From a virus: DNA of 64,000 nt. The notes under the pieces were generated by a model that was not told the DNA's origin, did no database searches, and saw nothing but the letters and a program-made list of their open reading frames with translations. This document shows positions 9,364 through 18,651 of the stretch, piece after piece (position 1 is the stretch's first letter; each line of letters opens with the position of its first letter). The translations under genes and the position numbers were made by a program. The stretch is from the IMG/VR virus record IMGVR_UViG_3300027736_002225. One strand, 5' to 3'.

Positions 9364-9916
9364 TTAGTGCCTCTACCATTGTTTTAACTGCGTACTTTTT
9401 AATTATCTTTTTACGTTTATTTTCAAATTTCTTTTTTGCAAAATCTAATTTAAATTTAGAAACTCGGTGTGTAAAATCTGTTCCATTCATATGATCAAAT
9501 TCATGTTGGAAAATTCTAGCTGTTAGTCCTTTGAATTCATTCTCAACAACTTCGCCTTTTTCATTTTGATATTTAACTTTAACGGTTGTTGGGCGTTTAA
9601 TATTTAGCATTATACCTGGATATGATAAACAACCTTCGTTATAATTTTCTTCTTTAACATTGTATTCAACAATTTCTGGATTGAATATTGCAATTTTTGT
9701 ATCACCTAAACCCATTACAAATACTCGCATATCAAGTCCTACTTGGTTAGCACTTAGACCAACGCCTCCCAATTGTTTCATTCTTTCAAATAGAACATTT
9801 GAAACATTAGTAGCACTTTTGCCATCCTTCTTAAAATCAAAAAGATTTGGAGTTTTTGTCATAACCTCCGCAGTAGGTTCAACTAAAGTTAATTTGTCTT
9901 TTCTTAATATAATCAT
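9341..9916 (-). CDS. def: Peptide deformylase
   Basis: Motifs GVGLSANQVG, EGCLS and QHEFDH. Confidence 0.95.
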   Translation of the reverse strand: MIILRKDKLTLVEPTAEVMTKTPNLFDFKKDGKSATNVSNVLFERMKQLGGVGLSANQVGLDMRVFVMGLGDTKIAIFNPEIVEYNVKEENYNEGCLSYPGIMLNIKRPTTVKVKYQNEKGEVVENEFKGLTARIFQHEFDHMNGTDFTHRVSKFKLDFAKKKFENKRKKIIKKYAVKTMVEALNEHKDSN

Positions 9917-11631
9917 ACTACTATTCTACTAAAATTTTGATACTTTTGAAATTTAATCACTGATTTAAATTTGTCAATCAATTGATCGCCTTTATGTGAA
10001 ATTACAAACACATTTGTATCATCACTTATGGTATTCAACAAATTCATAACGTAATCCGTACCGTTTGCATCTAATGAGGAGTCAAATACTTCATCCAATA
10101 GTAATAGATTGGTACTTGCACTATTCTTCATCTTTGCAATTGTTCGCCATGTAAATAACAGCGCCAAATCAATTCTTTGCTTTTCACCTTCACTAAAAGA
10201 TGCATAACTAAATTCATCTCTATGTCTAGATTTAATTGTCTCATTAAATGATTCATCTAGTTCAAAGTGGACAAAGAAATCCATTGCTGTTAAATACTTA
10301 TTTACTAACTTATTTATTACCGGCAAGTATTGTCTAATAATTTTAGTTTTAATGCCCGTATCTTTTAATAAAGAACCAGCTGCTTCGTGATAAAACTTAT
10401 CCTCATTTATCTTTGATCTATCAGAAACTAAATCTACAATTTCTTTTGCCATTGACTTTAAATTTATTTTCTCATTAGTCAATGATGTTAGCGTGTCATC
10501 TTTTTGTTCTAGATCAGCCATCAATTTTTTAATGTAGCTTTGAGACGCAATCATAGAATTGTTTACTCTCAAAATTGATACTTGAACATTTGACATTGAT
10601 TTTTTAATATCCTCAATCTCAGTAAGACGTGTCTCAACTTCTGTAATTTTTTCGTTAATTTGATCTAATGCAGATGTAACTTCTTCAATTTTATGTGTAT
10701 GTTTTTCAACAGTTATTGTCTTTAGATCATTGGAAATATTCTGATTACAGGTTGGACAATTGTCGTGTTCCTCGTAAAAATTAATTTCGTTTTTAGCTTT
10801 TTTAATTCTATCAGTAAGATTCTTATACAGATTATTTAATTCTGTTTTCTTTTTTGCTTGTTCATCAGAATCAGATACACTCAATTCATACACTGCATAT
10901 ATATCTTGTAGATCTTCTAATTGTGTAGACAATGCTGCAATTTCTGCAGTTGATTCATCAATCTTAGTTTGGACATCATTTTCACGTTTCTTTTTATCTT
11001 CTTCCAACTGAAGAATGTATCCTTGTTGTACTTTTACTTTGTGCTTTCCGATTTCAATCTTGCCATCTAAATCTTTAATTGCATCCTTTAAAGAATTTAT
11101 CTTATCCTTAAGCACAGTATTCATTACAGAAAATATTTGAATATCTAAAATATCCTCAATAATTTCTCTTCGATACCCTAGGGATAATTGCATAAAGGGA
11201 GTAAAAGAAGCGGATCCTAAAATTACAATCTGAGTAAACGATTTATAATTTAATTTTAGAATGCTTTCTTCTAAGTATTTCTGATAATCTCTTGATGCTG
11301 CATCTTGATTAAGAATAACACCGTCGCAATAGATTTCAAAAACATTCGGTTTCATTCCCCGAACAATTCTATAATCTTTTTTACCAATAGAAAATTCTAC
11401 CTCAACCGCAAGATTCTTGCCGTTGATAGTATTCATTAGTTGCGGTTTATTAATACTACGAAATGGTTTATTAAAAAGACCAAAGCAAATAGCATCAAGA
11501 ATTGTACTTTTGCCGGCACCGTTTTCACCAACAATTAAAGTAGATGGCGATGCCTCAAATTCTATTTCTGTAAATTGGCCGCCGGTTGATAAGAAATTTT
11601 TCCATCGTATTTTTGTAAATCTTATACTCAT
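9913..11631 (-). CDS. gp46: gp46 recombination endonuclease subunit (SbcC/Rad50-like ATPase)
   Basis: WKNFLSTG, GENGAGKST, CPTC zinc hook, FSEGEKQRID, LLDEVFD. Confidence 0.96.
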   Translation of the reverse strand: MSIRFTKIRWKNFLSTGGQFTEIEFEASPSTLIVGENGAGKSTILDAICFGLFNKPFRSINKPQLMNTINGKNLAVEVEFSIGKKDYRIVRGMKPNVFEIYCDGVILNQDAASRDYQKYLEESILKLNYKSFTQIVILGSASFTPFMQLSLGYRREIIEDILDIQIFSVMNTVLKDKINSLKDAIKDLDGKIEIGKHKVKVQQGYILQLEEDKKKRENDVQTKIDESTAEIAALSTQLEDLQDIYAVYELSVSDSDEQAKKKTELNNLYKNLTDRIKKAKNEINFYEEHDNCPTCNQNISNDLKTITVEKHTHKIEEVTSALDQINEKITEVETRLTEIEDIKKSMSNVQVSILRVNNSMIASQSYIKKLMADLEQKDDTLTSLTNEKINLKSMAKEIVDLVSDRSKINEDKFYHEAAGSLLKDTGIKTKIIRQYLPVINKLVNKYLTAMDFFVHFELDESFNETIKSRHRDEFSYASFSEGEKQRIDLALLFTWRTIAKMKNSASTNLLLLDEVFDSSLDANGTDYVMNLLNTISDDTNVFVISHKGDQLIDKFKSVIKFQKYQNFSRIVV

Positions 11632-12683
11632 GCTTCTTCGTAGTGTTGTGCTTCGACATACAATGTCTTAAGCAATGTCTTCAATCGTTCTTTGTCCGCA
11701 TCTGTTTCAATACTATCAACATAACCAGTAAGCAATGTCATAGTATCTTCTAGATCAATAGCATCATCCAATGCCTCAGATTCAAACTCGGAAAAATCCT
11801 CAATAATTTTAACTTCAAGTGGATCTTGTTTATAGATACGTTCTATAAACTTATCAAACTTGTGAAAGTCTCTCTTCTTAACTACAACAATTTTTATATG
11901 TTGTGTCTCAAAAGTTTTAACATCAATAGTATCAGGATCCGTTGTTTCATCATTATAATAATACTTTGTAAAAATAGTATATGGATTTTGTACAAACTCT
12001 AAAGAATGATCTTCAGTATCAAAGATAAAGAATCCTTTTGGATCGCTTTCATCATTCCATGTTAATTCGTAAGGAGTACCTAGATATGAGATATTTCCCT
12101 CACTAGATTTAGTATGAAAATGTCCGCTTAATACGTGTTTGTACTGTTTAAAATAACTACGATCAAATCCTTCATGGTTATCAATACCCCGCATCATTTG
12201 AAATCCGGAAATTTCAAAATGTCCGATACAATAATCAGAAGAACTTGCATCCATAAATGCAGCAATTTCTGTTTCGTTATCTTTGCAAATCCAGGGAATT
12301 ATATCAAACTGAACACCATCAAATTTTATTATACCTGGCTCTTGGAAAATAGTAATGTTACCATAGTCCTTTAACAATAAATCTGGAGAATTTACGCTAA
12401 GACTTTCTTTCCAGAATATATCATGATTGCCAACCAATGTAATTAGTTTAATACCATTGGCTTCCATGGGATCAAAGAAATACCGTCGGGATTCTGCAAG
12501 CGAATGAAAATTAATATACTTCCTGCGATCAAATAGATCTCCTAATTGAACAACAGTATCAATATTGTTGTCTTTTAGATACGGAAATAATATATTGGTA
12601 TAAAATTTTTCATAGTACGCATGAAATGCTTTTGAGTCATTTCTAACTCCAAAATGCGTATCTCCCAACAAACAAATCTTCAT
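11628..12683 (-). CDS. gp47: gp47 recombination nuclease subunit (SbcD/Mre11-like)
   Basis: Metallophosphoesterase motifs DTHFG, GDLFD, GNHD, SGHFH. Confidence 0.95.
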   Translation of the reverse strand: MKICLLGDTHFGVRNDSKAFHAYYEKFYTNILFPYLKDNNIDTVVQLGDLFDRRKYINFHSLAESRRYFFDPMEANGIKLITLVGNHDIFWKESLSVNSPDLLLKDYGNITIFQEPGIIKFDGVQFDIIPWICKDNETEIAAFMDASSSDYCIGHFEISGFQMMRGIDNHEGFDRSYFKQYKHVLSGHFHTKSSEGNISYLGTPYELTWNDESDPKGFFIFDTEDHSLEFVQNPYTIFTKYYYNDETTDPDTIDVKTFETQHIKIVVVKKRDFHKFDKFIERIYKQDPLEVKIIEDFSEFESEALDDAIDLEDTMTLLTGYVDSIETDADKERLKTLLKTLYVEAQHYEEA

Positions 12684-12684
12684 A

Positions 12685-13158
12685 TTAATCTTTAAATTCG
12701 TTATCTTCTCTATGTCCTACACGCATTGCCATGTTAGCATCAGTTTCTCTTACTTGCACTTTGCAACACCATACACGATCCTTTTCACCATAGTTAGGTA
12801 AGAAAATTGTGTTTATGTATTCATAAAGAAAATCGGCAATGCCCTCACATCCAGTCTTTTCAACTTCTGTAATCTTTGCTAATTTTAATGTGCCTAGATG
12901 CAATAGATGTTCTCGCATTGGATCATCCTGTGCAACTAACAATGTGTGGTCAAACCAGTCTTCAAGTAGACCTTTAAGTGGTTTTAGTCCACCAAAGTCC
13001 ATACACCAATTGCGGGCATCTAATGTATCACACTCAAATTCTAAATGGAATGAAAGTGCATATCCATGAATTAAATTGCAATGACTATCTGCACGCCATT
13101 GTCTATATGCTACGGGACCAATCTGATTATAAGTTTTTGTAGAAATGTATTTTGCCAT
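12685..13158 (-). CDS. queD: 6-carboxy-5,6,7,8-tetrahydropterin synthase
   Basis: Motifs HCNLIHGY, MDFG, FDH and GCE; clustered with folE and queE. Confidence 0.9.
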   Translation of the reverse strand: MAKYISTKTYNQIGPVAYRQWRADSHCNLIHGYALSFHLEFECDTLDARNWCMDFGGLKPLKGLLEDWFDHTLLVAQDDPMREHLLHLGTLKLAKITEVEKTGCEGIADFLYEYINTIFLPNYGEKDRVWCCKVQVRETDANMAMRVGHREDNEFKD

Positions 13159-13227
13159 GTTTATTCTCCTATGTTATCATAGGCGGCGGAATTTATAAAG
13201 CGGGACGATGCCGGTAGACCGCTATGT
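13159..13227 (-). ncRNA. Candidate cis-regulatory RNA (preQ1-I-like pseudoknot plus RBS hairpin) in the queD leader
   Basis: Stem AGCGG/CCGCU; loop CGGC complementary to downstream GCCG; A/U-rich linker; hairpin CCUAUG-AUAA-CAUAGG covers the start of the AGGAG RBS. Confidence 0.55.
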
Positions 13228-13232
13228 GATAT

Positions 13233-13261
13233 ATTATATATTACTTAAACATAGCGGTCAA
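13233..13261 (-). promoter_or_regulatory. Sigma70-type promoter for queD, overlapped by an 11-bp inverted repeat
   Basis: TTGACC-17 nt-TATAAT; inverted repeat GACCGCTATGT (13217-13227) / ACATAGCGGTC (13249-13259). Confidence 0.75.
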
Positions 13262-14314
13262 TACATTAGCAGAAAAGAATTTTTCCGTTAAGTACGATGC
13301 TTGTTTGCGAACGTGATACTTATATTGATCGTGATTATTCATGTATTGAACAATTTTATAACATAAGTCTTGTCGATGCACTTCGTATGCTTCAAATGAT
13401 TCTGTCCATTCACTAGGATATTTGAACATATCATTGTACATTTCCGTATAGGATAAACGATCTGGCACCATAGGAATAGCATCTACAATGGCACCTTCGT
13501 AACAACTAATACCCAATGTTTCTTGTAGGTTTGCACTAAATACAATCTTAGCACGACCTAGCAGTTTGTGATATTCATGTTTATCTAATTGCGTATCTTG
13601 ACAAACAACAAACTCATATTGAGGTAAATGTTTAGCCAAGTCTCGGAAAATTTCAACTTGTTTTTCTGGTGCAAGTCGATGAGGGAACAAAATTAATTCG
13701 CGCTTCGGAGTTGTATTATAGTTTTCTAATGTGTCAACCATATATTCCATCGGCCAACCTGAGCGAACAATCTTACCTTGTTCAATCATAGTGATCTTCC
13801 ATTCGTCATCCACTGTTTCGCTAAATGTCTCAGCAAACAAATCAATATGAAAATCAGTAGCAAAATAGTTATGGTCAATAGCGTGAAAGAAACTTTGTTC
13901 GGCATGTCTCACCCAAGGAGCATCTCCAATGAGACGACCTAAAAAGTCTTGAGGATCATAACTGCCAGCGTGCCATAGTGCGTGAATAGTTACAGGAATC
14001 TGTAACAGCTCACTCATGTATTTTAAATTAATAATGCCAGGATGCCAAGCGTCAGTAAATAGAAAGTGATCACCAGCATTAATGGATCCGCTACAAAACA
14101 GGCGACCCATCTGCTCAACTTGACTAGATTTGTATATATTAGTCCCGCCAAAATTAAGGAAAGCACCAGGGGTAGTAACACTAGGAATATTAGTAGGTCC
14201 GCATATAACTTCAATATCCGCTGTCTTTTTAAGTAATTGGGGTACATGATATTTCCATTGTTCAGTGTATCGTGTGTCTACTGCCTCTAAATCAACAATA
14301 AATATTTTAGCCAT
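13241..14314 (-). CDS. GT-B glycosyltransferase (GT4-like); likely start at 14314 (MAKIFIVDLE)
   Basis: FPHRLAPEKQ and LQETLGISCYEG (EX7E-like), PDRLSYTEM; start coupled to the upstream stop codon. Confidence 0.75.
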   Translation of the reverse strand: MAKIFIVDLEAVDTRYTEQWKYHVPQLLKKTADIEVICGPTNIPSVTTPGAFLNFGGTNIYKSSQVEQMGRLFCSGSINAGDHFLFTDAWHPGIINLKYMSELLQIPVTIHALWHAGSYDPQDFLGRLIGDAPWVRHAEQSFFHAIDHNYFATDFHIDLFAETFSETVDDEWKITMIEQGKIVRSGWPMEYMVDTLENYNTTPKRELILFPHRLAPEKQVEIFRDLAKHLPQYEFVVCQDTQLDKHEYHKLLGRAKIVFSANLQETLGISCYEGAIVDAIPMVPDRLSYTEMYNDMFKYPSEWTESFEAYEVHRQDLCYKIVQYMNNHDQYKYHVRKQASYLTEKFFSANVLTAMFK

Positions 14315-14729
14315 GTGTTTGTTCAAAGTGAATTCTGCAACCGTTTTCGCCATCTTCTGATACTTCAATTACATAAGCACGTCCAGGCCATTTTGCAATT
14401 AATTTATCATATAGATCGTTTGCCATCATTTCACATGATTTATAATCCAATTGTAATGTGCCATCGCTATACCAGCGCTCCATAATTCTTTTTGCTTGAA
14501 TAAATTCAACATCTCGATTGTCATGAAATACTTCCATTTCGACCCGAAAATGGAACATATGCCGATGGCGATCTGCAAGAAAACTTACATCAAGCCAATG
14601 ATCTTCTGGGACTCCAAATCGACGTGTTGCCAATGATGGATCTGTTGCGGCATCGGGGTAACGATGAATGCCTTCTTTCTGAAAGGTAACCCAAATAAAA
14701 CTACTCTTTTTAACAATACTAGTATTCAT
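14307..14729 (-). CDS. dpdL: QueD-paralogous T-fold protein, DpdL-like
   Basis: LADRHRHMF matches LxxxHRHxF; also RDVEFI, SCEM, EVSEDGENG; adjacent to dpdA; RBS AAGGA before the ATG at 14729. Family assignment is from memory. Confidence 0.65.
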   Translation of the reverse strand: MNTSIVKKSSFIWVTFQKEGIHRYPDAATDPSLATRRFGVPEDHWLDVSFLADRHRHMFHFRVEMEVFHDNRDVEFIQAKRIMERWYSDGTLQLDYKSCEMMANDLYDKLIAKWPGRAYVIEVSEDGENGCRIHFEQTHG

Positions 14730-14739
14730 AATATAATCC

Positions 14740-16026
14740 TTATGCAAATAAATTTTCTAATGACATCCGAGGCTGATGGCTTACAGATTCAGATTCCATA
14801 TATTTACCAACGTGCTTTTCCCAATGAGAAAAGTCTCCAATATCTTTAACTTCAAACAATGTAGCATACTCATTTTCGCAACCCTTATCTCTACAAAATC
14901 TAAGTAACTCGTCTTTAGATTCTAATAGGGTTGTAACATCAAGTGTGAAATTATGCACATTTGTCAATATGAAACAAAGACGTGCTTTCATAATGTCAAT
15001 AAACTTGCCGCCATTTTCAAGATACTTACCTACAGCAATGTTCATTAATTTATGATATTCTTCTGGAGTATATTCGGTACCACAAACACTATTGATTTCA
15101 TCTACAACTGTTCTATAGATGTTAGAATATTCTCTGCCCATTTTTACAGATGAGCCGCCATAACCATGTCGTGTTTTTTTACTATACGAGAAATAAAACA
15201 ATCCATTATCTAATGACATTGAATGTGTTGTAGAATCATAAGAGATTTCAATGTTCTCATACATTCCAGTCTGACTAAAAACCATATAGGGAAGCATACG
15301 ACGCAGTGCGCCTACCCCTAGAATGTGAAGATGAAATGGTTTCTTAAAGGGCATTACCTTAACATAGAATGCTCGTTTAACATCTTCAAGTTGCCCAGTA
15401 CCTAGTGCAGCAGATGCCATTGACACACCGCCGATACGATCATGATATGGTGCAGTGATTTCTTCAAGTAAAATATTTGCCCACTCAGCATAAGTCTCAT
15501 GACAAGCACCTTGAATGATTGCGAAAGGTCGACAATCACTTTTCATTTCAATAAACTTTTCAATCTGAGATTTAATATTTTGTCCCGTTTGCTTGGCATA
15601 ACTAGCAAAATTATCTCGGTCAAAATATCTACCCTTAGTATCAAGCTTTGCAGACTTGCCACTTGCATTAGTAATTATTACTGGGATCTCATCAAAGGAC
15701 ATTCCAATGTCTGCATGGGATGCTTGATTCTCATAAACGCTATTACGAACTTCTGGCGAATTAGGAATGCCACGTGTAATAATTTGCAGACCGCCAGAGT
15801 CGGCATGTATATTTTTAATCGCGGGTCTAAATTTTTGTAGACGTTTTCCAAATTGTTTTTCAGTAAACCCGTTATACAATAATGAGAACTGATGATTATT
15901 CATATTATGAACAGTCTTACCAATAAGGTCATTGATCATCTGCAATACTGCAGGATCATTACATTGTTCTGCACCAAGACGTAAGTACGCCGGTCCAGAA
16001 ATTACATATTCCATCTGTCTGCTCAT
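14740..16026 (-). CDS. dpdA: TGT-family 7-deazaguanine DNA transglycosylase (DpdA-like)
   Basis: TGT motifs ADSGGLQ, MSFDEIP, IIQG, HILGVG, SYDSTT; no CxCxxC zinc site of bacterial tRNA TGT; clustered with folE/queD/queE. Confidence 0.8.
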   Translation of the reverse strand: MSRQMEYVISGPAYLRLGAEQCNDPAVLQMINDLIGKTVHNMNNHQFSLLYNGFTEKQFGKRLQKFRPAIKNIHADSGGLQIITRGIPNSPEVRNSVYENQASHADIGMSFDEIPVIITNASGKSAKLDTKGRYFDRDNFASYAKQTGQNIKSQIEKFIEMKSDCRPFAIIQGACHETYAEWANILLEEITAPYHDRIGGVSMASAALGTGQLEDVKRAFYVKVMPFKKPFHLHILGVGALRRMLPYMVFSQTGMYENIEISYDSTTHSMSLDNGLFYFSYSKKTRHGYGGSSVKMGREYSNIYRTVVDEINSVCGTEYTPEEYHKLMNIAVGKYLENGGKFIDIMKARLCFILTNVHNFTLDVTTLLESKDELLRFCRDKGCENEYATLFEVKDIGDFSHWEKHVGKYMESESVSHQPRMSLENLFA

Positions 16027-17390
16027 TCGAATAAACTTTCTAAAGTGCTTGAGGTATTTTGTTCATTGGGAACAAAATTTTTATCTTTTGATAGATAAGT
16101 GTGATTGTCTGTATAGATTATATTATACTTGTGCTTGTTTGTCAATACAGAACGGACATCATCAATAGATAAATCTTTTCTATTTAGATCAGTTATATAC
16201 TTTTTGTACTGAACCGTTTCGTATTCGTTAATTTTTGCTTTGCTAGAATTAGACTTTGTTGGTTTGAACAAATCAAATACATTAAACCATTCTCCAACAC
16301 CATTTAAGTCCATGGTCACTACGCGTTCTAATGCGCCAGTATTGTACCAATCAAACGGGCTTTTGTATTGTTCATACAATTTAAGTATTGTACTACTAAC
16401 ATCTTTTTTATCTACGCTAAAAAAATCTGTACCATTAAAGTTTTCTAACCAAGACATTCCTTTAAGTGCAACTGTTGGCATATGTCCAATACATTCATAG
16501 AATGCTAAGCCAAAACTTTCTCGTATTGCGGGATTATAAGCAACTCTAGCAGATGTTATAAAATCAACTTTTTCCTGTCCATATATCTCTGAGCGAATTT
16601 CAAATTTAGCATTAATTTCCTTTAACGCTGCTTCAAATTTTTTCGCACCAGTATCATTTGTAATAATTTTTGCAGGCAATTTTGTTTCTGCAATCATACG
16701 AACAAATTCCTCAGGATTCTTCCTTGGCTCCCAGCGACCAATCCATAATACACCTTCTCTAGATTTAGTATGAGGAGACAGCAATTCTTTTTCCGTCATT
16801 TGTATAGGTGTATAGTATGCGTCTTTACCTGACAATTTAATCTCATCAACATTTCTACGTGTTTGTGTGCCAATATAAATGCCGTTTACATCCATCAACT
16901 TAATAAAAAATTCATTGAAAGAATCTGAGAATTTGCTTTTTTGAGGACTGTCTTCCATAAAGACCAAATTCTCGTGATGCGTATAATATATGACTTGTAC
17001 TGAATCTTGAATAGATAGGGAATAGATTGCGGGAAATGATTCCACGGTGTTACAAATAACTACATCGTATAGATTGTCATTTAGAGCAGTCATAAAACAT
17101 TCTCTAAAATTAATCATTTTTTCAAAGTTATATGAATCCTCAAACATAAAAGTTTTGGCGTGTTTACTATAACTAAGTGGCTCTTTAGGTGCAATAACAT
17201 TAGCACCTTTAGATTGAAGATATGCACTAAAGTCTTTATTGGATGCCGGTTTATCCAATATAATATCAATTTTTATTCCAATAACAGAACAAGTCTCTAC
17301 AAAGGATTTTGCAAATTGTCCGATGCCACCATATGGAATTAAATGCTGATCGCTAATACAAAAAGCAATTCTCCTGTTGTAAATATTCAT
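16023..17390 (-). CDS. GT-B glycosyltransferase (GT4-like)
   Basis: PYGGIGQF, LWIGRWEPRKNPE, RESFGLAFYE; stop overlaps the dpdA start. Confidence 0.8.
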   Translation of the reverse strand: MNIYNRRIAFCISDQHLIPYGGIGQFAKSFVETCSVIGIKIDIILDKPASNKDFSAYLQSKGANVIAPKEPLSYSKHAKTFMFEDSYNFEKMINFRECFMTALNDNLYDVVICNTVESFPAIYSLSIQDSVQVIYYTHHENLVFMEDSPQKSKFSDSFNEFFIKLMDVNGIYIGTQTRRNVDEIKLSGKDAYYTPIQMTEKELLSPHTKSREGVLWIGRWEPRKNPEEFVRMIAETKLPAKIITNDTGAKKFEAALKEINAKFEIRSEIYGQEKVDFITSARVAYNPAIRESFGLAFYECIGHMPTVALKGMSWLENFNGTDFFSVDKKDVSSTILKLYEQYKSPFDWYNTGALERVVTMDLNGVGEWFNVFDLFKPTKSNSSKAKINEYETVQYKKYITDLNRKDLSIDDVRSVLTNKHKYNIIYTDNHTYLSKDKNFVPNEQNTSSTLESLFE

Positions 17391-17391
17391 A

Positions 17392-17901
17392 TCAATTACC
17401 CAAGATTTTAATTAAGTGTTTTGTTTGATGCATTGCGTCATCCAATGCATTGTGATATGTTCCTTGCCGTTCATCAGCAGGAATCCATTTGAATAATGCC
17501 TTTACAGTTCTGTAGCAACGATCGTCCCATGGATGCCATGGTGGTTTTCTGCCTGTATTGAAATAAGCATTTCCAAGAATAGTATTATCAAATACTGCAC
17601 CATTGCCCCACAAAGGAAGACTCTTTGGACCAAACCAAATTTCGAATTTGTCTAGTGCTTCTTGTAGTGAGATGTTGTTTTTTGTTAACTCTCGGAATGC
17701 TTCTTTGTTTTGCTTTGACCACCATTCAACAGTATCCTTGGCAATATGCAGGCCTGCTTCTTTGCATGACTTTATATCAATAGTGCAGTAAAACGTATCC
17801 AGTATTTTATCCCCTTCAAATTTTACTGCACCAATGGAACAAATTGCCGCATTTGATCTTGTTGACATTGTCTCCAAATCAACCATTACGTTTATAGTCA
17901 T
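17392..17901 (-). CDS. DEDDh 3'-5' exonuclease (Rv2179c-like)
   Basis: Motifs [26 protein letters not shown]. Confidence 0.85.
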   Translation of the reverse strand: MTINVMVDLETMSTRSNAAICSIGAVKFEGDKILDTFYCTIDIKSCKEAGLHIAKDTVEWWSKQNKEAFRELTKNNISLQEALDKFEIWFGPKSLPLWGNGAVFDNTILGNAYFNTGRKPPWHPWDDRCYRTVKALFKWIPADERQGTYHNALDDAMHQTKHLIKILGN

Positions 17902-18587
17902 TTTGAACGGGCGATGCTTAAGAATTCATTTCGTAGTGCAGGATCAGTTTTAAATCCGCCACCTAATTTACTTGTAACTGTAGAGCTACCAGTATCTTCT
18001 ACGCCTCGGCTCTTAACACAGTAATGCTGAGCATCAAGCATAACTGCAACATTATCTGTTTCCAAGATAAATTGCAGGGCATGGTAAATTTGTTCTGTCA
18101 AGCGTTCTTGAATCTGAGGACGCTTGCTAAAGTATTCTACGATACGATTGATTTTACTCAATCCAAGAACTTTATCTTTTGGGACATAAGCAACAGTTGC
18201 CAATCCATCAATAACTACAAAATGATGTTCACAATTACTTTGGACATTAACATTGCGCTCAACGACCATTTCATTATATTTCATCTTGTTATCAACTGTG
18301 GTACATTTAGGGAATGCGTCATAATCAAGTCCCCAAAAGATTTCATTGACATACATTCGGGCAACACGTTTTGGAGTATCACATAAACTATCATCTTCTA
18401 AATCAAGGCCCAGCACTCGCATAATTTCTGAAAAGTGAGACTCAATTACTTCAATCTTTGTTTTGCGATCAAGATCTAATCGAGTATTAGGATCTAATCG
18501 GGTAGGAGTCTCGACTCCCATTGCAACTAAATGCTGATGAACTTTTTGCCCCAATTCTGGGTCTGTTTTTGTCTTGTTATATGACAT
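17898..18587 (-). CDS. folE: GTP cyclohydrolase I
   Basis: Motifs [39 protein letters not shown]. Confidence 0.96.
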   Translation of the reverse strand: MSYNKTKTDPELGQKVHQHLVAMGVETPTRLDPNTRLDLDRKTKIEVIESHFSEIMRVLGLDLEDDSLCDTPKRVARMYVNEIFWGLDYDAFPKCTTVDNKMKYNEMVVERNVNVQSNCEHHFVVIDGLATVAYVPKDKVLGLSKINRIVEYFSKRPQIQERLTEQIYHALQFILETDNVAVMLDAQHYCVKSRGVEDTGSSTVTSKLGGGFKTDPALRNEFLSIARSK

Positions 18588-18651
18588 TTGAATCCTTCCT
18601 TACACGGATATGATGATTGAAAATTTTGTTACCTTTGTGTAACATTATTAT

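Noticed and set aside
14740-16026. Canonical tRNA-guanine transglycosylase for queuosine synthesis
   Set aside because: It lacks the CxCxxC zinc motif, is highly divergent, and there is no queC, queF or queA in the window. A DNA-acting DpdA fits better, although RNA activity cannot be excluded from sequence alone.
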